DNA of 32,000 nt from Longivirga aurantiaca (GTDB taxonomy: Bacteria; Actinomycetota; Actinomycetes; S36-B12; CAIYMF01). Shown here piece after piece: positions 24,606-32,000 of this stretch; position 1 is the stretch's first letter, and each line of letters opens with the position of its first letter. The stretch is taken from assembly GCF_042660085.1 (NCBI RefSeq), contig NZ_JBHSTI010000008.1, positions 2,145,604-2,177,603 of the forward strand. Reading direction: 5' to 3'. A program made the position numbers and the translations under genes. A model generated the notes under the pieces. The model saw only the letters and a program-made list of their open reading frames with translations. It did no database searches and was not told where the DNA came from.

Positions 24606-26990
24606 TCACGTGCCGCGGCGCAGGAGGGCGAGGGCGCCGGTGTCGTCCAGGACGACGGCGAGGTCGCCGTCGAGGTCGGTGCGACCGACCACCGCGCCCA
24701 CCGCCTGGTAGGCCGCCACGGTGTCCGGGGCCGGATGGCCGTAGTCGTTGTCGACGCCGACACCGATGAGCGCGATCCGAGGCCGGAAGGCGCTCGCCCA
24801 AGCCGGCGACTGGTAGCGCGAGCCGTGGTGCGGAACCTTCACGACGTCGACGGGAATCACGGGCGTCTCCGCGAGCACGGCGTCCTGCGCCGCCTCCTCG
24901 AGGTCGCCGCCGAGCGCGAACGTGATGCCGTCGACCTCGGCGAGCACGGTGACGCTGGCGTTGTTGGCGTCCGACCCCTGGCCCCGGATGAACCGCGTCG
25001 GCCAGACGACCCGCAGGTGCACGGAACCGACCTGCCACTCGTCACCGGGCGCCGCGACCCGCAGGGAGGCTCCCGAGCCCCCGAGCCAGCGCCGTACCCG
25101 CCGATCCTCCCCCGGCGGGTCGTCCAGGGGCGAGGTGACGACCACGCCGGCGGCCCGCCCGCGGAGCACGCCTGGAAGGCCCTCGACGTGGTCGGCGTGG
25201 AAGTGCGTGAGCAGCACGAGCGGCACACGGACCACGCCGAGCCGGCGCAGGCACCGGTCGACCAGCGACGGGTCCGGCCCGGTGTCGACCACGACGGCCT
25301 CACCGGCCCCGACCCTGAGGACGAGCGCGTCTCCCTGACCGACGGCGCACATGACCGCGCGCCAGCCGCTCGGCGGCCACGACAGGGCACCCGGCACCAC
25401 GACCGGCACGGGGGCCACGGCGACCACCACCGCGACGGCCGCGCCCACGGCCAGCGCAGCCCGCAGCCCCGGGCCGCCGTGCCGGCGCGCCAGCCACGCG
25501 CCCACGACGGCGAGCCCGATGACCGCGGAGATCGACGCCGCGCCCGCCCAGCCCGACGGCCACGGCAGGCTCCCGGCCACGAACGAGGTCTGGCGGGCCA
25601 CGATCGCGATCCACGAGACCGCCCAGCCGGCGGGGACGGCGAGCACCGACGCCGCGGCTGGTGACACCAGGCCGACCACGGCCGCGATCAGCCCGAGCGC
25701 GGTCGCTGGCGCCACGGCCGGCTCGGCGAGCAGGTTGGCGACGACCCCGCCGACCGGCACCCCACCGCCGATGCCCACGACGAGCGGCGCGACCGCCAGC
25801 TGGGCGGCGGCGCTCACCACGACCAGAGCGCCGACCGCGCGCGCGGCACGGCTCCACCACGGACCGGCCCGCAGCGCCGGGGCGGCACGGGCAGCGATGA
25901 CGATGAGCGCGGCGGTCGCCGCCACCGACATCGCGAAGCCGACGGACACGGCGAGGAACGGGTCGAGCAGCACGAGCCCCACCACCGCAGCGGCCAGCAC
26001 GTCGACGGGGCGCACCCGAAGGTCGAGCAGCAGCGCCACCAGGACCACCGCGGCCATCGCGGCAGCCCGGAGCACCGACGGCTGCGGCCGCGCGACGACG
26101 ACGTACGCCGCCACCGCGAGCGCGACCACGACCAGCCGCACGCCGCCGCGGCGCAGGCCGACGAGCCGGCCGAGCACCACGACCACGGCCACGACCACCG
26201 CGACGTTGCCGCCGCTCACGGCCGTGAGGTGGGCGAGGCCGGAGTCGCGCATGGCCTGCTCGAGCTCCGGGCCCTGCGCCGCGGTGTCGCCGACGACGAG
26301 ACCCGGGAGCAGGCCGCGGACGTCGGCCGACCGGGCGGAGACCGACTGCCGCAACGACTCGCGGACGGCGCCGGCCGCGACCTGCACGGGCGGCGGTCCG
26401 CGCACGACTGTGACCTGCTCGGCCACGATCGTGGCCGCCCTGCCCCGGCGGGCATCGGCGGGCAGGACCCGGCCGGTGAGCTCGACCGTCGTCCCCGGCA
26501 GGAGACCTGCGACGGCCGCCGAGGCCGCGTCGCCACCCGTGATGATCTGGACAGGCAGATCGAGCACCCGCCCCTGCCCCGCGATCGTCGCCGTCACGAG
26601 CGCGGCGTCCACCACCCACGCGTCGTCGGTACGCCGGGAGCCCGACGTGCGGCCGTCGCGCACGCGCGGGTCTCCGGTGGTGACCGCCTCCGCGCGGACG
26701 AACGACCTCTCGGCCGCCGCGATGGCGAGCGGGCCGTCGAGCAGCGGACCGACCCGCCAGGCGGCGACTCCTGCCGACAGCAGGACCAGGGCGAGCACGA
26801 CCACGAGGTCGGACGCCTCCACGAGGCCGTACCACCACGCCAGCAGACCGGTCGCCGCCGCTGCCGACCCGATGACGGCAACCAGCGCTGGTGCCGGCAG
26901 CGGTCCGGACGGTGCGGAGGCGGCGACGAGGGCGGCCGAGGCCCAGACCGCCGCCGCGGCGACGACCGGCCGCGTGACCCACGGCGTCAC
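24606..26990 (-). CDS. comEC: ComEC/Rec2-family DNA internalization protein (N-terminal DUF4131-like region, competence membrane domain, C-terminal metallo-beta-lactamase domain)
   Basis: GTG at 26990 overlaps the comEA stop (GTGA). 794 aa with many TM helices and the MBL motif LLTHFHADHVEGL, followed by KVPHHGS. The upstream 180 codons of tracked ORF 24606..27530 overlap comEA and are rejected. Confidence 0.9.
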   Translation of the reverse strand: MTPWVTRPVVAAAAVWASAALVAASAPSGPLPAPALVAVIGSAAAATGLLAWWYGLVEASDLVVVLALVLLSAGVAAWRVGPLLDGPLAIAAAERSFVRAEAVTTGDPRVRDGRTSGSRRTDDAWVVDAALVTATIAGQGRVLDLPVQIITGGDAASAAVAGLLPGTTVELTGRVLPADARRGRAATIVAEQVTVVRGPPPVQVAAGAVRESLRQSVSARSADVRGLLPGLVVGDTAAQGPELEQAMRDSGLAHLTAVSGGNVAVVVAVVVVLGRLVGLRRGGVRLVVVALAVAAYVVVARPQPSVLRAAAMAAVVLVALLLDLRVRPVDVLAAAVVGLVLLDPFLAVSVGFAMSVAATAALIVIAARAAPALRAGPWWSRAARAVGALVVVSAAAQLAVAPLVVGIGGGVPVGGVVANLLAEPAVAPATALGLIAAVVGLVSPAAASVLAVPAGWAVSWIAIVARQTSFVAGSLPWPSGWAGAASISAVIGLAVVGAWLARRHGGPGLRAALAVGAAVAVVVAVAPVPVVVPGALSWPPSGWRAVMCAVGQGDALVLRVGAGEAVVVDTGPDPSLVDRCLRRLGVVRVPLVLLTHFHADHVEGLPGVLRGRAAGVVVTSPLDDPPGEDRRVRRWLGGSGASLRVAAPGDEWQVGSVHLRVVWPTRFIRGQGSDANNASVTVLAEVDGITFALGGDLEEAAQDAVLAETPVIPVDVVKVPHHGSRYQSPAWASAFRPRIALIGVGVDNDYGHPAPDTVAAYQAVGAVVGRTDLDGDLAVVLDDTGALALLRRGT

Positions 26991-27706
26991 ACGGTCACCA
27001 GCGGGGAGAGCCGCTCGAAGGTGCGCTCGCCGATGCCCGAGACCTCGCGCAGCTGGTCGACCGAGGCGAATCGGCCGTGCTGGGTGCGCCAGTCGAGGAT
27101 GCGCCCGGCCATCACCGGCCCCACGCCCGGAAGGGTGTCGAGGTCGTCGATCGTGGCGGTGTTGAGGTTCACCGGCCCGGCCGGCACGCCACCGCCCGAG
27201 CTTCCTGCGCCCGGCGGTGCGGTGGCGGAGTCGTGGGCGACGTCGACCTGCTCGCCGTCCACGAGCACGCGCGCGAGGTTGAGGCCGCCCGAGCTGCCGC
27301 CCTTGCGCAACCCGCCCGCAGCCTCGATCGCATCGGACACCCGGGATCCCGGCGGCAGCCGCACGAGGCCCGGCTTCTTCACCTCGCCGACCACATGGAC
27401 GACGAGGTCGGCCTGCGGGGTCGGCGAGGTCGAGGGGGCGACGGACCCGGACGCGACGGGCACCGGCGTGCCCGGCACCAGTGCCACGGGGGTGGGCGCA
27501 CCGCCGGTGACCGTGCGCAGGAGCAGCCACGCGGCCAGTGCCGTCGCGCCGATCGTGAGGAGCACAGGCTTCACCGCGGGGGGCATCAGCCAGCGCGGCG
27601 CCCGTGGGGAGCCAGGATCGGTCGGCGCTGCCCCGCCCGCGGCGAGCGCTCGGAGCCGCTCACGGACTGCGTCCGGGTCGGGGCGGGGTCGCGGGCGGGG
27701 CAGCAC
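26987..27706 (-). CDS. comEA: ComEA-family DNA-binding protein (membrane anchor, SLBB-like domain, tandem helix-hairpin-helix)
   Basis: The C-terminus NLNTATIDDLDTLPGVGPVMAGRILDWRTQHGRFASVDQLREVSGIGERTFERL is the ComEA HhH module. VVHVVGEVKKPGLVRLPPGSRVSDAIEAAGG is SLBB-like. The start is uncertain: GTG 27706, or ATG 27586 (MPPAVKPVLLTIG...). GC3 is lower between the two candidates. Confidence 0.85.
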   Translation of the reverse strand: MLPRPRPRPDPDAVRERLRALAAGGAAPTDPGSPRAPRWLMPPAVKPVLLTIGATALAAWLLLRTVTGGAPTPVALVPGTPVPVASGSVAPSTSPTPQADLVVHVVGEVKKPGLVRLPPGSRVSDAIEAAGGLRKGGSSGGLNLARVLVDGEQVDVAHDSATAPPGAGSSGGGVPAGPVNLNTATIDDLDTLPGVGPVMAGRILDWRTQHGRFASVDQLREVSGIGERTFERLSPLVTV

Positions 27707-27800
27707 GCCGCATGCTCGGCCGCTCCCACCCGCGCCTGGCCGTCGTCATCGCGCCCGGCTGTGGACGACACGGCCCGTGACCGCCCTGGGGACAGCGGGT

Positions 27801-29990
27801 CTACGGCCGCACCACGTAGTCGCGGGACTCGATCGCGACGATGGTGCGGTGGCTGTGCAGAGTCAGGCGGGGCGTGTCGCAGTCCACGTTCACGGTGAGC
27901 TCCCGCGTGGGCAGGGCCCACATCGTCATCGTGCCCGTGGTTCCCGTCGTCCTCGCCCCGAGGAAGGGGGTCTGCGTGCCCAGTCCGAGGAGCCCTGGCA
28001 TCAGGTCCCCCTCCACCCTCGAGGACGCCGTCGACACGAGGCAGCCCGGCACGGGGTCGCCGAGCCGGTCGAGGACGGTGACGGCGACCGACACCTGTTC
28101 GGGTCGCAGCGTCCACACCACGTCCGACCCCTCCGGCGGGTTCGTGGCATCGTCCACGCCCAGCGGGACGCTACGGACGGAGAACACCCCGGGCAGGTGG
28201 GCCCACGTGCCCGGAAGGACGCCGTCGCGGCGGACTGTGAGCCGCAGCGGCCAGAACGACGGCGTGGCCGTGTACAGGGACGTCGGAACGCCGACGAGCC
28301 GGTAGCTGCCGTCGGAGGCCGTCACCGACGTGCTGAGGTATGTCGGGTCCTGGTCGTTGGTCAGGGCGAGCGTCACGCCCGCGACGGGCCCATCGGTCCT
28401 GGTGAGGAGCTTCCCGGTGATCACGACGGCCTTCTCGACGGGGACGTCCATCTGCAGCTCGCAGCCCGAGGGCGCCTCCCCGGCGTCAGGCTTGTCGCAC
28501 AGGTCGAGGTCTGCCCCGCCCACGACCACGTCCGTCCCCTCGGCCCCCGAGATCCGGTCACGCCCGGCGCCGCCGAGGAGCCGATCGTCACCGCCCATGC
28601 CGAGCAGCACATCGGCCCTGCCGCTGCCGACCAGGGTGTCCCCCGCCGAGCCACCCACAAGGACCTCGATCGTCGTCGAGATCTTGTCGCGCTCACCGGG
28701 CTCGCCGTCGTCGGAGTCGCCGGCCAGGTCGGCCGTTACCGGGCTCGTCCGCTCGGAGTACGTCGCGGTGTCGCGGCCGGGGCCGCCGATCAGGATGTCC
28801 GCGCCGGGTCCGCCGCGGAGCTCGTCGTCGCCGCTGCCGCCCGAGAGGCGGTCGGCCGCAGATCCACCGGTCACGGTCTCGACGTCCGTCCCGATCAGGT
28901 CAAGCTCGCCGGCCGCGCCGTCGTTGCGCACCCCGTCGAGGCTCGCCACGATCGCGACCCCCCGGTGGACGTACGTGACCTCGTCGAGGCCCTTGCCGCC
29001 GACGAAGGTGTCGCTGCCGGGGCCGCCGTCCAGCACGTCGTCGCCCCTGCCGCCCTCCAGCCTCTGAGCGCCGGCACCGCCGACGATGAGGTCACCGGCG
29101 TCGCTCCCGATCAGCACCTCGACGTCGGAGGGCACGCTGTCGCCCTCGCCGGCACGGCCGTCGTCGGCGACGGCGTCCTGCGTGATCGTGACGGGATAGT
29201 CGCGGCCTGCGTAGGACACGGTGTCGACGCCGGTACCGCCCGACACGACATCGGCGCCGTAGCCGCCGAGCAGAAGGTCGGCGCCGGGGCCGCCCACGAG
29301 CACGTCGTCGCCGATGTCGCCCATCAGCCGGTCGTCGCCGGGTCCGCCGTCCAGGTTGTCGTCGCCCCCGCGGCCCCACAGGCGGTCGTTCCCCGCGCCT
29401 CCCGAGATGAGATCGGGACCGTCCTGCTCGTCGCTGAAGAGACCTCCGTGCAGCTCGTCCGCTCCGGTCGAGCCGACGAGCCGGTCGGCGCCTTGTTCGC
29501 CGTCGAGGAAGGATCCGGCCGGGCTCGCGTAGAGGGTGTCGTCGCCGGGGCCACCGAGGACCAAGCCGGTCGACGCGCGCTGCCGCAGCACGTCAGCGCC
29601 GGCCTCGCCCCTCAAGGTGGCATGGGCGCCCGTGCCCACGAGCACGTCGTCGCCGTCGCCGCCGTAGACCGTGGCGGCCCGAACCCCGCCGTACAGGCGG
29701 TCGTTGCCGGCGCCGCCGTAGGCAAGACCGTCCGAGCGGACGAGGTCGATGACGTCGTCCCCCGCCCCGCCGCGCACGTTGTCCCTACCGCCTCGGCCGC
29801 AGATGACGTCCGGGCCGTCGGTACCGATGAGGACGTCGTCGCCGGGTGTGCCGATGATCGTGCACGCGTCGCCCGTGACGGCGGTGAGGCCCCATGCCGG
29901 CGTCGCCATGGGCAGCTGGAGGCCACCGACAGCGAGAGCAGCCGCCCCCAGCAGGGACGTACGACGGACAACCGCTGAAGCCCGACTCAT
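27801..29990 (-). CDS. Large secreted calcium-binding RTX-like beta-roll protein with two C-terminal beta-sandwich (carboxypeptidase-regulatory-like) domains, paralog 2
   Basis: ATG at 29990 (AAGGGG SD 6 nt upstream), 729 aa. Signal peptide MSRASAVVRRTSLLGAAALAVGG..ATPAWG. Roughly 30 GGxGxDxLx-type nonapeptides by eye. Three copies of the ..TY....V.V.L.G...DG..GE.D....IE.L.G module. C-terminal ITGKLLTRTDGPVAGVTLALTN...ASDGSYRLVGVP and VAVTVLDRLGDPVPG segments. The N-terminal 53 codons of tracked ORF 27801..30149 overlap plsY and are rejected. Confidence 0.85.
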   Translation of the reverse strand: MSRASAVVRRTSLLGAAALAVGGLQLPMATPAWGLTAVTGDACTIIGTPGDDVLIGTDGPDVICGRGGRDNVRGGAGDDVIDLVRSDGLAYGGAGNDRLYGGVRAATVYGGDGDDVLVGTGAHATLRGEAGADVLRQRASTGLVLGGPGDDTLYASPAGSFLDGEQGADRLVGSTGADELHGGLFSDEQDGPDLISGGAGNDRLWGRGGDDNLDGGPGDDRLMGDIGDDVLVGGPGADLLLGGYGADVVSGGTGVDTVSYAGRDYPVTITQDAVADDGRAGEGDSVPSDVEVLIGSDAGDLIVGGAGAQRLEGGRGDDVLDGGPGSDTFVGGKGLDEVTYVHRGVAIVASLDGVRNDGAAGELDLIGTDVETVTGGSAADRLSGGSGDDELRGGPGADILIGGPGRDTATYSERTSPVTADLAGDSDDGEPGERDKISTTIEVLVGGSAGDTLVGSGRADVLLGMGGDDRLLGGAGRDRISGAEGTDVVVGGADLDLCDKPDAGEAPSGCELQMDVPVEKAVVITGKLLTRTDGPVAGVTLALTNDQDPTYLSTSVTASDGSYRLVGVPTSLYTATPSFWPLRLTVRRDGVLPGTWAHLPGVFSVRSVPLGVDDATNPPEGSDVVWTLRPEQVSVAVTVLDRLGDPVPGCLVSTASSRVEGDLMPGLLGLGTQTPFLGARTTGTTGTMTMWALPTRELTVNVDCDTPRLTLHSHRTIVAIESRDYVVRP

Positions 29991-30051
29991 GTCGCACCCC
30001 TTACAGCCGTCTCCAGCCTGGCACCGCCCGTTGGCGCGTGTCCTGCCGTAC

Positions 30052-30672
30052 TCAGGAGCGGGTGACGGCAGCCTGGAGGTTCTTCCGGTGCCGGACGACG
30101 ACGAGGATCGTGAGGAGCGCGGCGAAGACGACGTCGCTCGTCGGGTCATCGAACCACAGCGCCGCCGGCACGAGCATCAGGCAGCCGGCGACCGAGGCGA
30201 GGCCGATGCGCCGCGTGATCGCCCACGCGATGCCGAACACCACGAGCACCGGGACCGCCCAGATCGGCTGCACGGCGAGGATCGCGCCGAACGACGTCGC
30301 GACCCCCTTGCCGCCCTTGCCGCGCAGCAGCGGCGACGTCACGTGCCCGAGGACGGCGGCGAGCCCGGCGACGAGCGCCGGCACGTGCAGCCCGAACGCC
30401 TCGAACCCAACGACCACGACGTACCCCTTGAGGATGTCGAGGACGCCGACGACGACACCGACCTTCCAGCCGAAGGCGCGGCCCGCGTTGGTGGCACCCG
30501 GGTTCCCCGAGCCCACCGCGGAGAGGTCGGTGCCGCGCAGGCGGGCGATGCCCGTGGCCGGGTTCAGCATCCCGACGCAGTAGCCGATCACCGCGGCGAG
30601 GAGCACGAGCAGCACCTGCACCATCGTGCTGCTCGACTCCCAGATGGCGGCGAGTCCGTCGTACGTCGGCAT
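30052..30672 (-). CDS. plsY: Glycerol-3-phosphate acyltransferase PlsY (acyl-phosphate dependent)
   Basis: PlsY signature GSGNPGATNAGR plus HVTSPLLRGKGGKGVAT, with about 5 TM helices. ATG 30672 shares one base with the degV stop (TGATG), and the codons 30625-30672 keep high GC3. ATG 30624 (MVQVLLVLL...) is the alternative. Only the lower third of tracked ORF 30052..31797 is real. Confidence 0.85.
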   Translation of the reverse strand: MPTYDGLAAIWESSSTMVQVLLVLLAAVIGYCVGMLNPATGIARLRGTDLSAVGSGNPGATNAGRAFGWKVGVVVGVLDILKGYVVVVGFEAFGLHVPALVAGLAAVLGHVTSPLLRGKGGKGVATSFGAILAVQPIWAVPVLVVFGIAWAITRRIGLASVAGCLMLVPAALWFDDPTSDVVFAALLTILVVVRHRKNLQAAVTRS

Positions 30673-31520
30673 CACGCCACGGGCCGCGGCGACACCGCGA
30701 CGGCGACCATGCCCGGGCCGACGTGCGCGCCCACGACGGCGCCGACCTCGCTCACGAGGACGACCGAGTCGTCGAGGCGCGCGTGCAGCTTGGCTGCGAG
30801 GGCGCTCGCACGCTCCGCGGCGTCGAGGTGGTGGACGGCGATGTCGCACGGACGGCCGTCCGCGCGCTCGACCACGATCTCCTCGAGCCGCGCGAGGGCG
30901 CGGGACGACGTGCGCACCTTCTCCAGCGGGGCGACGCGACCGTCGATCAGCTCGAGGATCGGCTTGACCGCGAGCGCCTGGCCGAGCAGCGCCTGGGCGG
31001 CGCCGATGCGGCCGCCGCGGCGCAGGTAGTCGAGGGTGTCGACGTAGAACAGCGCGGACGACGCTCCAACCCGCGCGCGGACGACGTCGGCCACCTCCTG
31101 CAGCGAGCCGCCCGCCCCGGCTGCGCGCGCGCCGTCGAGCACGCCGAAGCCCATCGCCATCGCGACCGTGCGCGAGTCGACGACCTCGACCGGCACAGGG
31201 GCGTCGCGGGCGGCGAGCGTCGCCGAGTCGACCGTGCCGCTCATGTCCCCGGACAGGTGCACCGACACGATGCCGTCGGCACCGGCTGCCGCAGCAGCGG
31301 CGTACGCCTGGGCGAACCGCTCGGGCGAGGGCCGAGACGTGGTCACCACGCCCCAGCGCCGCAGCGCCGCGGCCACCTCGGTCGGCGTGATCTCCGTGCC
31401 CTCGTCGTACGCCGTGCCGTCGACGACGACCTGCACCGGCACGACCGTGATGCCGTGCGACGCGACGAGGTCGGCGGGCAGGTAGGCGGTCGAGTCGGTG
31501 ACGACCGCGACCCTGCCCAT
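30672..31520 (-). CDS. DegV-family fatty-acid-binding protein
   Basis: 282 aa. N-terminus VAVVTDSTAYLPADL, typical of DegV. Conserved position downstream of leuS. Confidence 0.9.
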   Translation of the reverse strand: MGRVAVVTDSTAYLPADLVASHGITVVPVQVVVDGTAYDEGTEITPTEVAAALRRWGVVTTSRPSPERFAQAYAAAAAAGADGIVSVHLSGDMSGTVDSATLAARDAPVPVEVVDSRTVAMAMGFGVLDGARAAGAGGSLQEVADVVRARVGASSALFYVDTLDYLRRGGRIGAAQALLGQALAVKPILELIDGRVAPLEKVRTSSRALARLEEIVVERADGRPCDIAVHHLDAAERASALAAKLHARLDDSVVLVSEVGAVVGAHVGPGMVAVAVSPRPVA

Positions 31521-31529
31521 GCGCCGACC

Positions 31530-32000
31530 CTACGCCGGGACGATGTTCACGAGCTTGGGGGCGCGCACGATCACCGTGCGGATGCCGGCACCGCCGAGCG
31601 AGGCGACCACCGCGGGCGAGGCCAGCGCCAGCTCGCGCAGCTCGTCCTCGCCGATCGACGGCGGCACCTCGAGCCGGTCGCGGACCTTGCCCGCCACCTG
31701 CACGACGCAGGTCACGGTGTCCTCGACGAGCAGCGCGGGATCGACCGACGGCCAGCCGACCAGCGCCACCGTCGGCTCGTGACCGAGCCGCTCCCACATC
31801 TCCTCGGCGGTGTACGGCGCCACCAGCGACAGCATGATCGCGACGGCCTCGGCCGCCTCGCGCACCGCGGGGTCGCCGCCGCCGACGCCGGAGTCGATCG
31901 CCTTGCGGGCGGCGTTGACCAGCTCCATCGTCTTGGCCACGGCGACGTTGAAGCGGAACGACTCCACGGCCTTGGTCGCCTCGTCGACCGCCTTGGCGGT
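31530..32000 (-). CDS. leuS: Leucine--tRNA ligase, C-terminal fragment (runs off the right window edge)
   Basis: The frame stays open to the window edge. ...[31 protein letters not shown]..., the anticodon-binding region, and the C-terminal [32 protein letters not shown]..., are typical LeuS. The GTG at 31967 in the ORF track is an internal Val. Confidence 0.9.
   Translation of the reverse strand, partial: TAKAVDEATKAVESFRFNVAVAKTMELVNAARKAIDSGVGGGDPAVREAAEAVAIMLSLVAPYTAEEMWERLGHEPTVALVGWPSVDPALLVEDTVTCVVQVAGKVRDRLEVPPSIGEDELRELALASPAVVASLGGAGIRTVIVRAPKLVNIVPA

Noticed and set aside
27680-27700. G-quadruplex motif GGGGCGGGGTCGCGGGCGGGG near the comEA 5' end
   Set aside because: It lies within, or at the edge of, a region encoding a PRPRPRP tract. 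G-tract clusters are expected by chance at this G+C content, and there is no independent support.
24606-27706. comEA-comEC as an acquired competence island
   Set aside because: These genes sit in the widely conserved comEA-comEC-holA-rpsT-lepA arrangement, have the same composition as their surroundings, and overlap by GTGA. This is core-genome context, not an island.
26229-29978. A 1249-aa plus-strand ORF, the longest in the track
   Set aside because: It runs antisense across three independently well-supported minus-strand genes (comEC, comEA, RTX-like paralog 2). Its product is low-complexity and Arg/Gly/Ala/Asp/Pro/Val-rich, with no recognisable motif. Long stop-free antisense frames are expected at this G+C content because codon third positions are nearly all G/C.

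Overview
This is a very high-G+C, densely coding chromosome segment with the gene order typical of Actinomycetota. I support 34 protein-coding genes. I found no rRNA, tRNA, CRISPR array, transposase, integrase or compositionally distinct island.

The backbone is a conserved, mostly minus-strand housekeeping block: leuS-degV-plsY-(RTX-like)-comEA-comEC-holA, then rpsT on the plus strand, then lepA-acyl-CoA ligase-hemW, then hrcA-dnaJ-rsmE, then phoH-ybeY-corC-(CDA-like)-EamA-era, and finally recO.

Lineage-specific genes are inserted between these blocks:
- an AI-2E-family transporter and a LuxR-type regulator, which split era from recO;
- HIT, a PaaI thioesterase, secreted RTX-like protein 1, DUF1059, a nitroreductase and an untracked 51-aa membrane protein;
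- a PrsW-family protease translationally coupled to a DUF3097-like protein, followed by two proline-rich membrane proteins;
- a second, larger secreted RTX-like protein.

The ORF track translates GTG and TTG starts as M. It also contains many long antisense or out-of-frame ORFs that are GC artefacts. Several true starts lie downstream of the longest ORF, judged by third-codon-position G+C content (GC3), Shine-Dalgarno (SD) motifs and N-terminal homology.

I do not see a convincing novel multi-gene system: no defence, toxin-antitoxin, biosynthetic or mobile-element signature. The observations most worth a second look are:
1. a ~50-nt structured intergenic repeat present twice, each copy in sense orientation to the neighbouring mRNA;
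2. two paralogous signal-peptide-bearing RTX beta-roll proteins with cysteine caps and no type I secretion genes nearby;
3. the PrsW/DUF3097 overlap next to the CIRCE-controlled hrcA promoter;
4. a cytidine-deaminase-fold protein that has lost all catalytic and zinc-binding residues, inside the era/ybeY operon;
5. the degV-plsY overlap;
6. several nested or repeated palindromes in intergenic gaps.
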